Shown here: positions 37,268-38,814 of the stretch, in pieces
Layout of the letters: each line of letters starts with the position of its first letter
How positions within the stretch are numbered: the stretch's first letter is position 1
Assembly (NCBI GenBank): GCA_964428155.1
Contig: CAYRXA010000020.1
Coordinates: 1-38,814 of the forward strand
DNA: 38,814 nt
Direction: 5' to 3'
From: an uncultured Candidatus Saccharibacteria bacterium
Lineage (GTDB): Bacteria > Patescibacteriota > Minisyncoccia > UBA6257
The notes under the pieces: generated by a model
The model's database searches: none
Told to the model about the DNA's origin: nothing
The model's input: only the letters and a program-made list of their open reading frames with translations
Translations under genes and position numbers: made by a program

Positions 37268-38434
37268 TTATAATTTAAAGGGCGAAATTTCTCTCAGGTT
37301 TTTTATTACTTTAGGCAAGACATTTAAGATATAATTAATATCTTTTTTTGTTGTCCATCTTCCCAAAGTTAATCTTAAAGAGCCATGAGCGTATTCTGGC
37401 CGCAAACCACAGCTTAAAAGAACATGACTTGGTTTTAGGCTTTCAGAAGAGCAAGCTGATCCAGTTGAAGCAGCAATACCGTATTCATCAAGACTAGCAA
37501 TAATTGATTCGCCTTCAATAAAAGAAAACCAAAAATTAGCATTATTAGGTAATCGTTTTTTAGGATGACCGTTAAGATAAGATTGAGGAATTTTTCTTAA
37601 AACGCCTTTAATTAATTGATCTCTTAATTGCGTTAGTTTTTTGGTTTCAGTTTTCATTTGTTTTTGGCAAATTTCTATTGCTTTGCCAAAACCAACAATA
37701 GCAGGAATGTTAACAGTAGAAGCTCTTAAACCAAATTCATGAGCTCCACCATGAAGCAGGGGATTTATTTTTGTTCCTTTTTTAATATATAATAAAGCAG
37801 CTCCTTTAGGCCCATAGATTTTATGAGAAGAAGCAGTTAATAAATCAACTTTCATTTTTTGGACATTAATTGGCATTTTACCAAAAGTTTGAACTGCATC
37901 AGTATGAAAATATACACCTTTTTTCTGGCAAATATTTCCTATTTTTTCAATAGATTGAATAGTTCCAATTTCATTATTACCATGAATAATAGAGACTAGG
38001 ATGGTATTTTTTTTAATATTTTTTTCTATTTCTTTAGGATTGATTAATCCATATTTGTCTGGCTTGATTTGAGTTATCTTAAAACCTTGTTTTTCAAGCC
38101 AAAGAGCACTTTTTAGAACACAATCATGTTCAATAGAGGAAATAATAAGATGTTTCCCTTTTTTTTGATTAGCAAAAGCAATCCCTTTTAGGGCAAAATT
38201 ATTGCTTTCTGTTGCTGAGCTGGTGAAGATTATTTCTTCTTTAGATTTTGCTTTTATTGCTTGACTTGCTTTTAAACGTGTTTCTTCCAAGGCTTTTTTT
38301 GATTCTTGTCCTAAATTATAAAGAGAAATAGAATTACCGAATTTTTTATTAAGATAAGGAAACATTGTCCTTAAAACCCGAGGGTCAATAGGAGTAGTGG
38401 CTGCATAATCTAAATACACTTGTTTTATCCTCAT
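37268..38434 (-). CDS. iscS: Cysteine desulfurase IscS/NifS
   Basis: YLDYAATTP, ATESNN, HTDAVQ, SSHKIYGPKG (PLP Lys), STGSACSS. Confidence 0.96.
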   Translation of the reverse strand: MRIKQVYLDYAATTPIDPRVLRTMFPYLNKKFGNSISLYNLGQESKKALEETRLKASQAIKAKSKEEIIFTSSATESNNFALKGIAFANQKKGKHLIISSIEHDCVLKSALWLEKQGFKITQIKPDKYGLINPKEIEKNIKKNTILVSIIHGNNEIGTIQSIEKIGNICQKKGVYFHTDAVQTFGKMPINVQKMKVDLLTASSHKIYGPKGAALLYIKKGTKINPLLHGGAHEFGLRASTVNIPAIVGFGKAIEICQKQMKTETKKLTQLRDQLIKGVLRKIPQSYLNGHPKKRLPNNANFWFSFIEGESIIASLDEYGIAASTGSACSSESLKPSHVLLSCGLRPEYAHGSLRLTLGRWTTKKDINYILNVLPKVIKNLREISPFKL

Positions 38435-38473
38435 AATATCTTAAAATCTGTTATAATCTATATTAATTCACTC

Positions 38474-38502
38474 ATTTTAGCACAGAGAAAATTGATTTAC
38501 AA
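38474..38502 (-). promoter_or_regulatory. Promoter of iscS-iscU-mnmA
   Basis: TTGTAA, 17 nt, TAAAAT with TG extension on the minus strand. Confidence 0.55.
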
Positions 38503-38544
38503 TTTATTTTATTTCTGGTATTTTATTGAAGAAATAAAGAATTA

Positions 38545-38616
38545 GCCCATGTAGCTCAATGGTAGAGCAACTGTTTCGTAAACAGTAGGTTGTCGGTTCA
38601 AATCCGACCTTGGGCT
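38545..38616 (+). tRNA. tRNA-Thr (CGT), CCA not encoded
   Basis: GCCCATG/CTTGGGC acceptor (one U-U mismatch), TAGCTCAATGGTAGAGC D-arm, ACTGT-TTCGTAA-ACAGT anticodon arm, GGTTCAAATCC. Confidence 0.94.
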
Positions 38617-38697
38617 CTTGACTTAATAAAAGTTTTCTATATAATTGTTCCTTGGAGTAATGGCAGGAATGGTAAAAAAAAAGGAGGTGCAAATTCT

Positions 38698-38814
38698 ATG
38701 GTAGCTAGAAAAGTAAACTATAGATTTCAAAGAAACACCCCTTCTACATATGGTCATGAAATCGGTGGAGCCAAAAATGTAGTAGAAAGTACTTTCAATA
38801 GTAAAAATAAAAAC
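38698..38814 (+). CDS. 5' part of a hypothetical protein (MVARKVNYRFQRNTPSTYGHEIGG...), runs off the window
   Basis: AAGGAGGTG RBS at 38681-38689; TTGACT-16-TATAAT promoter at 38618-38645; frame open to the edge. Confidence 0.6.
   Translation, partial: MVARKVNYRFQRNTPSTYGHEIGGAKNVVESTFNSKNKN

Noticed and set aside
34509-38616. Integrative element or prophage at the tRNAs
   Set aside because: No integrase and no duplicated tRNA 3' end (att repeat) seen
34509-38616. Flanking tRNAs as MnmA substrates
   Set aside because: Both have C34 anticodons (Gly CCC, Thr CGT); MnmA acts on U34 of Lys, Glu and Gln tRNAs
38504-38692. 62-aa minus-strand ORF
   Set aside because: It is the antisense translation of tRNA-Thr (VGFEPTTYCLRNSCST is the typical artefact)
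1-38814. Alternative genetic code (UGA read as Gly, as in Gracilibacteria/Absconditabacteria)
   Set aside because: Conserved genes are full length under code 11, and TGA ends rplW and mnmA at the expected positions
1-38814. CRISPR array, IS element, rRNA or defence island
   Set aside because: No regularly spaced repeats, transposase or cas motifs, or rRNA-like sequence seen

Overview
AT-rich bacterial chromosome segment, most likely Patescibacteria/CPR (Parcubacteria-like). Evidence: the str-S10-spc ribosomal protein cluster lacks rpmD (uL30), several r-proteins carry Lys-rich extensions, a DUF4012-like protein is present, housekeeping genes lack Shine-Dalgarno motifs, and TGA is used as a stop. 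Most of the window is housekeeping: rsmI, rpsL through map, tpiA, pgk, RNase HI, rnpB, murJ, lepA, ftsB-like and two tRNAs. The most notable parts are: (1) an unannotated 34-aa Gly/Lys/Pro-rich peptide gene with a perfect promoter, strong RBS and terminator, directly upstream of a divergent M16 peptidase; (2) an iscS-iscU-mnmA tRNA-thiolation module between two tRNAs, in which IscU carries a 380-aa LAGLIDADG intein inserted immediately before its first Fe-S ligand Cys; (3) an archaeal-type AMP phosphorylase plus PRPP-synthetase-like pair; (4) a terminator/antiterminator-like element between rpsJ and rplC; (5) an RNase P RNA with two near-identical hairpins. All calls come from reading motifs by eye; no searches were run.
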